Below, piece by piece: positions 12,875-25,690 of a stretch of 64,000 bases of DNA (position 1 is its first letter; every line of letters begins with the position of its first letter). Below the pieces are notes generated by a model. The model saw only the letters and a program-made list of their open reading frames with translations, did not search any database and was not told the origin of the DNA. Made by a program: the position numbers and the translations under genes. This stretch comes from Lama glama (lineage: Eukaryota). Location of the stretch: assembly GCA_028534125.1 (NCBI GenBank), contig CM052818.1, forward strand, positions 41,480,001-41,544,000, in the 5' to 3' direction.

Positions 12875-15800
12875 GGGATGAAAAGTGGATTTGACACTGG
12901 AACACATCCTTAGTCTAGCACATTGGTTCTCAACCTCACGGCCAAGGCCATAGGCTGGTAAGTGAGAGGTGAGCCTCCACTGTCTCTGCAGTGTGTTTCC
13001 CACACTCCACTCTCCACGCCACCGAATGACCTGAGATTAATCTGTTTAGCTGGGTTCTCAGCTGGTGGGAACTGCCAGGCAGCCCCAGCCCTAGTGCTTG
13101 AATAACAATTTGCTATCTTCAAGTGGAATTTAGAAACAGCCTAAACAGCACTTGATCTGTCCATGAGGACCGGGTGCCCTAGTGCAGATGCAGGGCACAG
13201 CTTTCAAATTTAGTCACTTGCGGCCACAGATACCAGCCTGGGAACGCCAGCTGCAGGGTGAAGTTTAAACCAGGACAGTGCATGGTTGAGTCATCCGGAG
13301 CAGGGCTGGACTTCCACATAAATCTGGAGATAAACTTGGTGAGTTTGTTTGTTTGCTTTAATTGTGGTCTTGCTGGATCAGTCCAAACAGGGAAGTTCCA
13401 CGGTGACTGTGCCGCCTTCTCTGTGTATTCGGGTTTCCGGCAGGAGCGTCCTCTCTGAAAGCAACACTGAACTTCCGGACGCCCATCTGTCTGTAAATGT
13501 ACAGGGTTGAGGGTACAGATTGCTGATGGAGGGTCTCCCACTCTCTTAATTTGCCTTTCCAAAGTATTTCCCAGATCACAAATATAATTTTAAGTGGATC
13601 ATCACCAAAATGAGCTGTCTAAATTCATTTCAATGAGCTTGGAGAGGATTTCAACCTTTTCTTTCTTTCTTTTACTCTTTACATTTTGCAACTCGAGTCA
13701 AGTTGATTCAGCCACAAGACAGATGTTTTTCTCGGTGGAAAACGTGATTCAAGGAATTAGCAAAAGGGGCTGGGGAGAATAATGACTAAGCCAAATGAAT
13801 CTATTAATTTTTCTCTCCTTAATGTCAGGGCTCCATTTCTGGCAAAGTGGTCAAGACCAGTGCTTTTGAACTGACCTTGAACAGGAATGAAGTGCGTTAC
13901 TGTGTTAAGTAAGCTTTGGCTACTGCAGCTGTGAATTTGCACCCTTTTGATTACTAAGAGGAACAACGTTTAGAATATATTCAGGGCGTTGAAATTGATC
14001 CCTCTGCTTTGTTCTTTTTACAAACTTCTGCTTTTATACTAAGTAGCTGCGCTGACCGGCATTTTTACCGTGAGATGATCACGCCTCTTAGAGGAGAAAG
14101 TACGTAACTGCAAGCTGGTACATTTGCCCGAAGAAACACTGTGTTTTAGCAGAAGTGCATCACTTCAGTAACTCGTAAAGCCAAACAGCTCATCTCCTTT
14201 GGAGGGTTATTATGGGATGGGCTTTAAATGAGATCATTCGTGGACGGCACTTGAAACGGCACTGTGTGCGGGGTTGACACCCCATCAGCAGCTGCTACTT
14301 CCCTGATCGTCTGAGAATGAGGATTCGGGAAGCAGGGGACGGAGCGAAGTCATTTTTGGAGTCTTTCAGATTTCAGCTTCAGGGCCCTCCGGGTCGGCTA
14401 CGATACATGTTAGGAAAGATGACCCAAGAGTCTTGGGCCAGGCCTCCCCGGGGACAGGACTCTCCCTGCCGCCCACCTGCCCCGAGGCGAGACGAGGCGA
14501 CACCACTTCAGAAAACGCACGTTCTCGCCGTGCAGGAGTTTTGATTTAAAAGCGCAGCATCCGCACGATGCGATTCCACCCCGCCTTGGGGAGGAGATGC
14601 TGTTCCATGGCCCCGCCTGTCCCTGACATTGGTCTTCTCCCAGCTCTGCCCCTGGACGTGAGATGGCGCCACAGGCCTCCCTGTGCGAAAGCGAGTCTCT
14701 GGCCGTCTCCTCCTGCTCCTAGGAGAAGTTAATTTGTGCGTCACTGAGGCCCGAGTTTGCTTTTCTGATGACTCAGGTTTTCTTTCTTTCAATTGCGCAG
14801 CATAGCATGACGTCCCGTGAGTCTGTTTCTTTACGTGCCTGAGGCCGGTTGCATCTCTTTCAAACCAGGTGTGAACGTGGGGGAACAATTTTGCTTCCCT
14901 CTCTCCTCCTTTCTTCCTTCCTTTCATTCCTCCTTCCCTCTCTCGAGTTTCTCCTCTCCCGCTCACCTTTCCCCCTTCCCTCCCTCTTTCCCTCTCTCTG
15001 AGTTTATGGCTGGCACTCTGACGAGAGGTCCCTGGGCCCAGATTTTGGCATCCACACCATCTCTTGTCCACTCAGTCATTTATTCAGAAACGTGTATTTC
15101 CTGAGCAAACTGTTTTGGATTCACACGTAAGTCAGTCCCAGTCCCCATGCTGGGGTGTTCACTTTCCAGGGGAGAGGCAGACCCAGGTAAGCAGGGTGAC
15201 AGGAGTGTAGAGAGGTGCTGGGGGAGGGCTCGGGGGGCTGCCAGGAGAGGTGCGGAGGGCTGGGGATCCCCCCAGCACTGGGCAGGCTGCACCTCGGGCC
15301 CCAGGCTGGTGGGGGAGGTAAGTCTGCCTGACAGGAACTACCTTCATGGCAGGTTTAAAAGTTACCTAGGAAAACTGGGCCAGTCACTTCATCCTAACCA
15401 GAAGACTGGGATCTGTCAACAGATCTCAAGGTCACTGAAGATCACAGGCTGCAAGCTCTATCAGCTCCATCAACCACACTGAGTGTGACCTCAGCAGTGA
15501 GGGCCCTCCGCAGACACGTATGCATGTCATGTTTTTGACAGAAATATATACAGGATATGCAGGGTGTATATACTGAGGCCGTAGGAAGGAAGAGGTCAGT
15601 TCTAACTTGGGAGCTAGTGGCAGGGGAGGGAGGGCTGTGGGGTGTGGGTGGAGATGGAGATCAGCTGAATCGAATCCAGTGTGACGTGACATGTGGGTGG
15701 ACAGATCAGCTGGCAGGGCCAATAGCATTTTATCAACGAGCAGCATCTTCAGTTGTACTGGTGATTTCTAGAAACGTTGAAAAGAATTTGTTACTTATTC

Positions 15801-16989
15801 CAACCCACGGTTGCCATTTCCTGGGCAAAGTAAGTAGATTTGCAAAGCCTTGAGAATTAACAGCATCATTTCATCATCTCTTGGAATTTTTTTGAAAGCC
15901 AGTGGGCATAGCTTTGGTGTTAGCAAATCATTCCCGACCTCTAGTGCCTTATCTTCCAGTTTTACTATTACTGCCGTTGTAATATAAGTACTGTGGGGCC
16001 CTCTTTACCAAGCATGTGAACATTAGTTAGCATGTCTGTGCATTTCGTGATAGTCGATGCTTCAAAAATGCACAAGGGCTTGAGGACAATTTCTCGTTAG
16101 TGGTTTAAATGGTCTGCCTGATTTCTGACTTACTGCTTTTTCACAGAGGTAAACTCTGTAAGCATTTCCTGATTGCAGCTGTGGCCAGTTTTGAAATAGT
16201 GTGGTGCACGCGAAAGTGCTGGGAACCTGTCACCACCGTCCTTCCCAAATAGCTTGAACTCCAAAGGGCTGCAGGGACCACGACCAGGGATGCTCTCTGG
16301 GAGTGCACGCAGTTCTGTTTCCTAAGCATTCGGCATTAGGTGGGCTGAATACATTTTGGGAAACTGTTGAACATTCCCATGGCATGAAACCTCAGGATGC
16401 TGAAATGGGGAGGCATTTCCCAGGTCATCTAGCCGGTCCTGGCGGGTGGCGGAGGACAGGAGGGGGCCCAGAGCGGGGGAATGGCCTTCTCCCAAGCTGT
16501 GTAGCAAATACGGGGCTGAAATGAGATTAGGACAAGAGCTGTGCCTCCCTGGGCACTCGGTGGCCTTGCAGAGAACTTGCAGTCACTGGGAGCTTCTGTG
16601 TCCTTCAGGCCCAGGATCACACAGTAACTGTCTGACCCAACCAAGGCACCAAGTGGCATTTCTGCCCTGCAGTGTCCCTGGTCCTGCTTTGTGGATTCAA
16701 AATCCCCAGCTGATTCTCCCAACCTTCTCTCCCTCTGCTTCCCCCAAAACACAGTTTCTGCTTTCTAAGTTCATGGTGTTCCTCTTAAGAACCATGCTCA
16801 CTGACCATGCACCCCCCCATCCCCTAGAATGACAACTTCTTCCCTATTCTTATACAGACAAGAGTGGTGTCAGACCAAGAGGACAGATGGCCTGAGAGCC
16901 TCTCCTCCTGTGAATCTGGAGGAAGAAACGTATGTTTTGTTGGAAGGGAAGTCCCAAGGCATCTTGGGAATTGTGTTCATGAAGGAATA

Positions 16990-17990
16990 GCTTCATTCAT
17001 TCCACCTGTGTGAATGGAGTTCCTGCTGTGCGCCAGGGCTGCGACTAGCAGTTGGGGGTGTATCCATCAATGACGATGGAGAAGAAAAAGAAATATAAAG
17101 ACAGAGACTGGGGAGTGGGGCGAAGTATGATTTTGGAGAGGGTGGTTAGGTTGGGCTCCATTGAAAAGTAAACCCTGAACAGAGGCCTAAAGAAAAACCA
17201 GGCAGATATATTGGGGACAACATTCTAAGCAGAAGGTCCAGCAAAGGTCCTGTGGCAGAAACACAGGTGATAAGTTCAAGAATGAAAAAGGGCAGAGGCC
17301 AGAGCCAGTGGGTAGCCCAACGGAGGAAGGGGAGGAGGGGGAGATGAACTGCCTTGGGTGACGTGACCCAGGGCCTTGCTGACTGTGCTAAGAATCTTGT
17401 ATTTTACTCTAAGTGAAACAGAAGCCATTGAAGAGACTGAATCAGAGGAATGACATGTTGAAACTTTCAAAACCTCATGAGAGCTGCTGGAGGGGTCACC
17501 AACTGAGCAGCTGGAAGGGGGCAAGAGCAGAGCTGGGAGATCTGTTCAGGAAGTGAGTTCGATACTCACTTCGCAAGAGTTGGCGATGGCTTGTGCGTTG
17601 GGTCTACGGCTTTGATGGCGGAGGCTGTGAGAAATGAGCAAATTCAAGCTATATCTTAAAGAGGGGAGCTGATAGGACTTTTTAGCTTAGACATAGGATG
17701 TGAGGAAAAAGAGAAGCCAAGGATGCCACTGACATTTTTAGACTGAGTGTCTGGAAACATGGGTTTTGCCATTTATTGAGAGAAGAAAGACTGGAGAAGG
17801 GGCAGATGTCTAGGGGAGAAAGCAACACTTTAATTTTGGATGTGTTAAGTTCGAAGCATCTGTTGGAAGTCAGGCAGTCAATGGGATAAACGAGTCTGGA
17901 GTTCAAGCGAGAGGGTCAGGGTGACAGTTATACACGTGGAAGCCGTCAGCATCCGTCCTCTGAGATGGTATTTAAAGCCCTCACAGGGGT
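16990..17990 (-). mobile_element. L2 LINE fragment
   Basis: Starts with the antisense L2 tail ttcattcattc. Contains gaagccattgaagaga and ttttggatgtgttaagttcgaagcatctg, typical of L2. Confidence 0.75.
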
Positions 17991-18059
17991 TAACAGTTGT
18001 GTCGGAAAGAGGAACTCTTCTTCCTGGCCGGGGGACAGAACTAACACCAGAAGTCGGAA

Positions 18060-18280
18060 CAATAAAAATAACAATGGTAATAGTGATTACGGGATTTATG
18101 TGTCCCACTGCTTACAAGTGTTGTGTTACTATTTCTAAAACCTTGCAGAGGTTGAAATCATTTTGGTTTTACTCACGTTAAAACTCAGACTCTGTGAGGT
18201 TAAGTAAATGTTGTTCAGTGCATTGATTAAGACCACCCAGCTAATAAATGGCTGAGCTGGGATTCAAACCCAAGAGTGGT
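18060..18280 (-). mobile_element. MIR SINE
   Basis: aaactcagactctgtgaggttaagtaa...cacccagctaataaatggctgagctgggattcaaaccc. Confidence 0.7.
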
Positions 18281-18839
18281 CTGTCTTTTATCCCTGCGAA
18301 GGACAACTTAGCGGAGAATTTCTGCCAGCTAACCCCCCCCAACCTTCAGTGGAGCCTGTCCTGAAGGCGGGGCATTTCAGATGCGGGGTGAAATAGTGGG
18401 TGTCAAGGCTGCCCTCGCCAACACAGAACGCACACTGTAAAGCAAGGGAGAGGAGTTTGGAAAAGAGTTAGAGAGACATCAGGAGGTCACACATCTGCTC
18501 TAAACACTGGCTGTAGTTTAAGCCGAAACCTACCAATAGGTGCTTGTTGATTTCCTTTCCTAGTCCCAGAGGCCAGACGACGATGTCCACCCTGCTGGAG
18601 GCAGGTGGAGAAGGGGAGTACAGGTGTTTATTCCACAGGGCTCCCTGCCCCGTGTGTCATGTCCTTTGGTCCTTGCCACACTCAAATGGGAGCTGTGGAC
18701 TCCACCTAGGAAAGTAAGATCTGAGGGGTGACATTGACCTGCAACTAATAGATGTTACGGATGAGATGGGAACTAGGCTTTCCAGACCCCGAAGCTCATG
18801 CCAGTGGCTCTGCATTCCTTAGGAAAGGAAAGGGGAGAA

Positions 18840-19330
18840 GGGAGCGGATGCTGAGAGCGTCCCGCGTTATCATCCGCCTGTCCCCGCCTGAAGTTCCGCG
18901 GATGGCCAGCAGAGGGCGCCGCGTCCCCGACTTTCCCAGCCCGCGGCCCGAAGCCATGTTGCATGAGCAAACGTCTGCAGCCGCCTCCTTGAGATCGAAA
19001 TGTCTCCTTGGCAGGAAATCCGCGAGGAGCACTGCGGGGTTGTGCAAACAGCCTCACAATGTCCGCTTGTGTGTGTGCACTCGGCTTCGTCCGCGTCGCC
19101 TACAATGCTCTGGTTTTTTTTTGTTTTTTTTTTTTTTTTGGATAATGGGCCTCTGTGGACCCATAGGCCTTGTCATGCAAAGGGAGTGACCTGTGTTTGT
19201 CGTAAGTGGGCTGTTGTATGATTAATAGGCACGCGAACGAGCCCGCAGCAGCCGTTCAGCACCAGCTTCACCTCTGCGCCGAGCCGGTGTGGTCTGAGTC
19301 GCTTTCTTTCCTGGCTCCAAAGCAGCCGTG
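18840..19330. promoter_or_regulatory. CpG-rich intronic patch (possible enhancer or alternative promoter)
   Basis: CpG density visibly above the flanks, not repeat-like. FOX/RUNX/CEBP-like motifs at 19360-19380. Confidence 0.4.
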
Positions 19331-20099
19331 CTGAATTTATTGCTGAAAGGGAAATGACTTGTTTGCTTTGTGGTTGCAATTCTTTATATGCAAGACAGGA
19401 GGTGCAGAAAACGAGCTTGTAACCGGAGGCTGCATACCAGATTCCACACCGGGTGATTTACCTGCATTATCTTATTTACCCAATGACGACCCTGCCAAGG
19501 AAATATGGTTTGCATTCTACAGAGGAGGAAAATTCAAATTCAGAAGAGCAAAGACTTGCCCAAGGTCTCCAGCCCGTGCTGTTTCCTTTTCCCTTTCGGT
19601 GTGGTCTGTGGTCCATGCACTTGGAAATACCTCCCTCATTCTGCCTGGCTGTCCATACACTGAAATTGGAGATTTTAAAATAAATGAGGGGTTTCCATTC
19701 CTGGGCGTCACTGTGTGTATTGGACCTCCTGGAATTATGTGCAAAAATATGTGGGTCTGTGCAAGGGTGCATTTTTCTAAGAAAGCTGGTCTTCATCTGA
19801 TTCTCAGAGCCATCTATTAGGATCATGAAACAATAGAGTCAGGCACCCCAAAATATCTCTACTTTGTTTATTTTCTCCGACCTCTTCCTCTTCTCAGTGA
19901 CTCTTCCTGTCTTCAGCTTGTTTGCAGTTGACAGTCTTACTGTCATTGCTCCGCAGTGACTGCTGATCGAAACTTCCATTCCATTTCAGTGGACAGAAAT
20001 GAGGAGGCTGTGGGCTGGACCTGTGCTTGGAACTTGAGTGGGGAGGAGTGGGCACTGGCTGCAATGGGTAACATCCTGAAAATGAAGAAGACATAGCCC

Positions 20100-20747
20100 T
20101 TTTTTTTTTAAATTGAAGTGCAGTCAGTTACAATGTGTCAATTTCTGGTGTACAGCACAATGTCCCAGTCATGCATTATACACATATATTCATTTTCATA
20201 TTCTTTCTCATTAAAAATCATTAGAAGATATTGAATATAGTTCCCTGTGTTATACAGAAGAAACTCTTTAAAATCTATTTTTATATAGAGAGGCTAACAT
20301 TTGCAAATCTCAAACTCCCAAATTTATCCCTTCTCACTCTCTTTCATCAGCAACCATAAGACTGTTTACTATGTCTGTAAATCTGTTTCTCTTATGTAAA
20401 TGAGTTCATTAGTGTCCTCTTTTTTTCTTTTTTTTTAGATTCCACATATGAGTGATATATGATATTTTTCTTTTCCTTTCTGGCTTACTTCACTTAGAAT
20501 GATGATCTTTAGGTCCAATCCATGTTGCTGCAAATGGCATTATTTTATTCTTTTTTATGGCTGAGTAGTATTCCACTATATAAATATACCACAACTTCTT
20601 TATCCAGTCATCTGTTGGTGGACATTTAGTTTGCTTCCATGTCTTGGCTACTGTAAACAGTGCTGCTATGAACACTGGGGTGCATGTATCTTTTCAAATT
20701 AGAGTTCCCTCTAGATATATGCCCAGGAGTGGGATTGCTTGATCATA
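20100..20747 (-). mobile_element. L1 3' segment (ORF2 end, 3'UTR, poly(A)) of an inverted L1 insertion
   Basis: Poly(T) at 20100. Minus-strand [46 protein letters not shown] is the L1 ORF2 C-terminus. Confidence 0.93.
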
Positions 20748-21595
20748 CCAGATATTCAGATCAATGGAACAGAATAGAGAGCCCAGAAATAAACCCACAC
20801 ACTTATGGTCAATTAATCTTCAACAAAGGAGGCAAGAATATACAATGGAGAAAAGACAGTCTCGTCTTTTGGTGGTGTTGGGAAAACTGGACAGCAGCGT
20901 GTAAATCAGTGAAGTCAGAACACTCCCTCACACCATACACAAAAATAAACTCAAAATGGCTTAAAGACTTAAACGTAAGATAAACCTCCTAGAAGAAAAC
21001 AGAGGCAAAACATTCTCCGACATACATCTTAGCAGTGTTCTCCTAGGGCAGTCTACCCAGGCAAGAGAAATAAAAACAAAAATTAACAAATGGGACTTAA
21101 TTAAACTCATAAGCTTTTGCACAGCAAAGGAAACCATAAGCAAAACAAAATAACAACCTATGGAATGGGAGAGAATATTTGCAAATGATGCAACTGGCAA
21201 AGGGTTAATTACCAGAATATATAAACAGTTCATACAACTTAATAACGAAACAAAACAGAAAAAACAAACAAACAACCCAATGCAAAAATGGGCAGAAGAC
21301 CTAAACAAGCAATTCTCCAATGAGGACATTTAAATGGCCAATAGGCACATTAAAAAATGCTCAGTACTGCTAATTATCAGAGAAATGCGAATCAAAACTA
21401 CAGTGAGGTATCACCTCACACCAGTCAGACTTGCCGTCATTCAAAAATCCACAAATGACAAATACTAGAGAAGCTGTGGAGGAAAGGGAACCCTCCTACA
21501 CTGCTGGTGGGAATGTAGTTTGGTGCAGCCATCATGGAGGACAGTATGGAGGGTCCTCAAAAAACTAAAAATGGACTTACCCTGTGATCCAGGAA
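20748..21595 (+). mobile_element. L1 ORF2 segment inverted relative to the adjacent 3' segment
   Basis: [35 protein letters not shown]...[18 protein letters not shown] on the + strand. Confidence 0.93.
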
Positions 21596-24500
21596 ATGCT
21601 ATTTGATTTGGGCCTTGAGAGACAGACAGGACATCCAAAGGCAGAGGCAAGGGGGAGGGCACAGCAGCAGGAACAAAAAAGGAAAAAGAAAAAAGAAAAA
21701 AACCGAGAAACAAATCCAGAGCTGTTGGCCCTGTCCGTGTTCTGCTGCGACCCAAGTACAGAGCGTTCAGAGGAGCTGAAACTTGAAAGAGAGCTTCGGG
21801 TCAGGTTTTACTGTTCTGAATACCATGTAAAAAATTGCACCCATTTTAAGTTGACAGCCAGCGTGGGAAGCATTTACACTAAAACAAGCCTTCCTTCTAC
21901 CCAGCTGACTCCACATCCCACTGGGAGACAGCTCCCTCCACAAGGGCCCCGCCTCCTGGCCCTTAGCAAACCCCCACCTCACCCACCTTCCCTGTCCCCG
22001 CTTACAGTGATGGTCATCACCGCTTGCTTGGGAGGTCAAGGCGGGGTTTTTATTTTAAAACAGTACTTCAGTTTGCAATGACGCGCACTTTGAAACTGGA
22101 GACAAAAGCAGAGCCACTCCTGCCTCTGAAATTTCAGGGGAGGTTTCTCGGCCCTTTTGATGCTTGAGATGTAATGGACCATGCCGGCCTCCCTTGGCTT
22201 CAAATTCTTCAAGATTTCAGTGTGTGAAATGGCTTATGTGGGTCTTTTCGGTACTTCTGTAATTTTTTGATATCCAGCACCCTCCCAAATAAATCTGGTC
22301 TGGGAAGTAGTACCTCTCGTGCTTTGGCACATCCATCCCAAAGCCTCCTTTGATACCCTTCGTGCACAGGTGGGTCCCGGTTTAAGAAAACCCAGCATCC
22401 GAAAAAAACAGACTTTTACAAATCAAGTCAGTCCCTGGCACTGGGGCGGGTGAGATTCTCCGGGGGACTTTCACTTCTCAGAAGGACTCCTTCCACCGGC
22501 ACGGTGCCTCCCTGTGCCTTGACCGGCGAGGTCTCTATCTCACCACCTGACAGCGACCCAGGGAGGCAGAGGAACCACAAGACCAGTGTGTGAATGCAGC
22601 TGCTGGGGGAGTGAAAGCCAGGCCGAGTCGGGGCAAAGCCTTCTTCTTTCCTCCTCTTCTTCTTGTTTTATTTTAGGCTAATGAAAAAGGTTTGATTCAC
22701 CAGCATTTATTCTACACGTGACATTTCCTATAACGTGCCCGGAGTCTGGTGCATGACCCGAGGTGCTCGGGGTATCTGGTGTTGGATTAGGGGGACGCGA
22801 CAGAGATCGAAAGACAGTGACCAGAGGCGATGAAGAGAGATTTCGGCCAGGAGAAAGTCTTAGAGAAGAGGTGGGGCCGAGGAAGGGGTGGAAAGTCCTG
22901 GATAAAGTTTGGTGAGAGAGTGGATTTAAGGGGTGCAGTAGATGGAGAAAGCTCAGGTGACACTCAGGTTTGGGGCTCATAATTTAATGATGCCTTTGAA
23001 CAAGGAAGGAGGAGGACACTGGGGGAGTGAAGAACTTAAGGATATTAAGATACTCCCAAAATTGCTCTGCTGGCAGGAAATACCCTTAGATTTATGGACC
23101 TGGAGTTGCAGAGAGAGGTCCATTTGGGGGCTAGAGGTTGAGAAGTTATCTGTGTATGGATGAAAACCAGAGTCCAGAGGGTCTCACCTGGCAAGGCGAG
23201 AAAAGTTGTGAAGAAAGACCACTGGAGCCTGATATTTAAAGGTTAGAAATGGAGGAAGCAGAGATGAGGGGGCAGCCAGGAGGTCCTCCAGCATCTCAGG
23301 CAGAGGGCTCGACCCACAGTCCACACAGCAATGCTCCTCTGCAGCCCTGCGCGCGGAAGAAGATGGTCTGGCTCTTGTTGGTTTCATTACCCAAGAAGCG
23401 GTTCTGGAAAAAGGAGATTTGTGGTGTGAGAGAACTGACAGTCTGTTCGATCTAAATCACTGACTGCCTGAACTCAGCCCAAAGTTCCGTGGCTTCTCGG
23501 AGTTCCCATGTTCTTGATTTCACAAGTGGAAGGGGACAAATTCACTAATGACTTCTCCACGGCGGGCCAGTCCAGAACTCAGCCCCAGGCACATTATTTT
23601 ATATTCACCAGTACTGGAAATTGGCGGGAGGTAGAGGACATGGACTTTGGTTCCCTAAAAATGAATCTAATTTTGCCCTCATTTCTTGGAGACTTTTTGC
23701 TGCTGTCATATTGATGTTTATGGGGAAATTAGCAATGATGAGGTAATAGTCTATTTTGGAAAACTGAACTCGGATACTGAAAGGATGATTTGAAACCTGC
23801 ACTTAATTGTTCGGCTCCATAACGGTCTCTCGGTTTTGGGGTGGGTTTTTTTTTTTTTGAGAATTCCCATGGATTGCCTTCCAACTCGACTCTAGCAGCT
23901 TGTATTCCACCGGGAATGCCAAGCCCTTTTGAGGGACACCGTGGTATTAATGATGGATGAGAATTCAAGGCATTTTCCCATTTGAGTGCCATTACTTGTA
24001 ATGTTAAAACGTTTTGAAAACACATTTTAGCCATTAACTCATTTTTATTGTCAGATGAAAGTGCTTAATAGACTCACTCTACTTTAGTTTTCCTCCTTCA
24101 TCTGGGAATGAAATCATCTGTTGGGTTCTTGGCAGCACAGTCGACAGTGGGACAGACAACCTGACGACTTCACTGCAGAAGTGGCAGCTGGGGAAGGGAA
24201 TTCCAGCCCTGCCGGCTCATCTGACATCGCTAACCTGGTTTAGCAAATTCAGGCTCCTGGAATTTATAGGCTGAGCTACTTCATTCCACTGGTGCACCCC
24301 CCCCCCAAAAAAAACAGGTGCTTCTATCATTTAAGAAATGTACCTTTGCCTTAGTTGAGAAGTATTTTTTTTAAAGCCACCGATTTTGTATCTGGTATAT
24401 AATAAGTTGATGGTTAACTGATTTTGCTTATCATTCAAAACCATCACGGAGTGTTGTGTGTCATGGGCTTCCGTGCTTACCAGGGGAAAATGTCTCTGAG

Positions 24501-25469
24501 CGTGAATACCAGATGGATCAGGGTTGTATATACGCTCTCCTCCTGGACAGCTCCCTGGATGGTACAGCCAGAGGGGTCGCTTGCTCTGGGGGGCTGGTGT
24601 GGGGAGCCTGCAAGTCTCTTCTAGAAGTCGCTGGCTGCTGTCATGATTTCTCCAACTGGGAACCTTGTGGATCAGACTGAAAGGTAGTTTGTTCTAATAG
24701 CCTTCCTAAAATCGCATCCGGTCACCAGAAACATTCCTAAAGCCAGACTTCTTTGCCCCATACTGCTGGGGAAATCTCAGAGCCCTGTTGCAGTGAGGAG
24801 GTCAGACGTATGGTTAGACTAAGTAAGGCGTGTCACAAGATGCAGCTAGGGACACTGGGGACACCCAGTGTCACTGAGTGCTGGGGCTCAGCCCCCTAGG
24901 CGGGGCGAATAACTGACCAGGTTAGCAACTCCTAGACTTTGGAATTTCTTAAGCCGGTAAAATTTCAAAATAAACTGGGGATTTTGGATGTGGTTATCAC
25001 TATGATTTTGTAAAACTAAATAAAAACCACTGTGGCATAAAGAGGCATGCATAACTTGAGCTTCTTGCCAGGCTCACCCAAGGCCTTGACTTCTCAGTTT
25101 GCCTTGGATAGATCGATGCTTCGGAACCACCGGGCAGAGCAATGTTAAGGATTTCTTTGCCAGTGCTAACTGTGTCCCAGGCCCCGTGCTGAGGGCTGGG
25201 AGTACAACGAGGTGGAAAAACAGCCCTGCCCAAGAAGACCTTATATGCAGAGATGAGGGGAAAGTGTGTAATTACGGTCCACACTGATAGACCCCGGGAT
25301 GCGGTGAACACAGCTCGTTGGGTGAGCAGAGGGAAGCGGCGCTCACCCAAGGGATTGGGTTTCATTTTATTCCAAGTGGTATCAGAGAGGAGGGGAGACT
25401 TGGGGAGTTCCGTCTGAAGTCCCTGCTTCCCAAACTCCTATTTGACAGGGAATTCTGGGGAGGGAGCTG

Positions 25470-25690
25470 CGCTTAGAAGTCAGGTGCAATTGGATTCCTG
25501 ACCCAGCTCTGCCACTTGCAGGCTTGAGAAACTTTTTAAATCTCCAAGATTATTTCTTTATCTCTCCAATTGCGATAACAACACTTCCTACCTCATATGG
25601 TGACTGTGGAAATTAAAATAGGCTAAGACTTGGAAAGCCCTCATCACCATGGCCTGCAGATCATTAAACAATGTTAGCTGTCATTATAGT
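25470..25690 (+). mobile_element. MIR SINE
   Basis: cccagctctgccactt...cctacctcatatggtgactgtggaaattaaa...aatgttagctgtcattat. Confidence 0.65.

Noticed and set aside
12122..13003. Long ORFs of 186-293 aa in all six frames
   Set aside because: They read through the 500-N gap, and the real residues are L1 ORF2 or noise
20490..21329. ORFs resembling a reverse-transcriptase protein
   Set aside because: Fragments of a truncated, frameshifted L1 ORF2, not a functional gene
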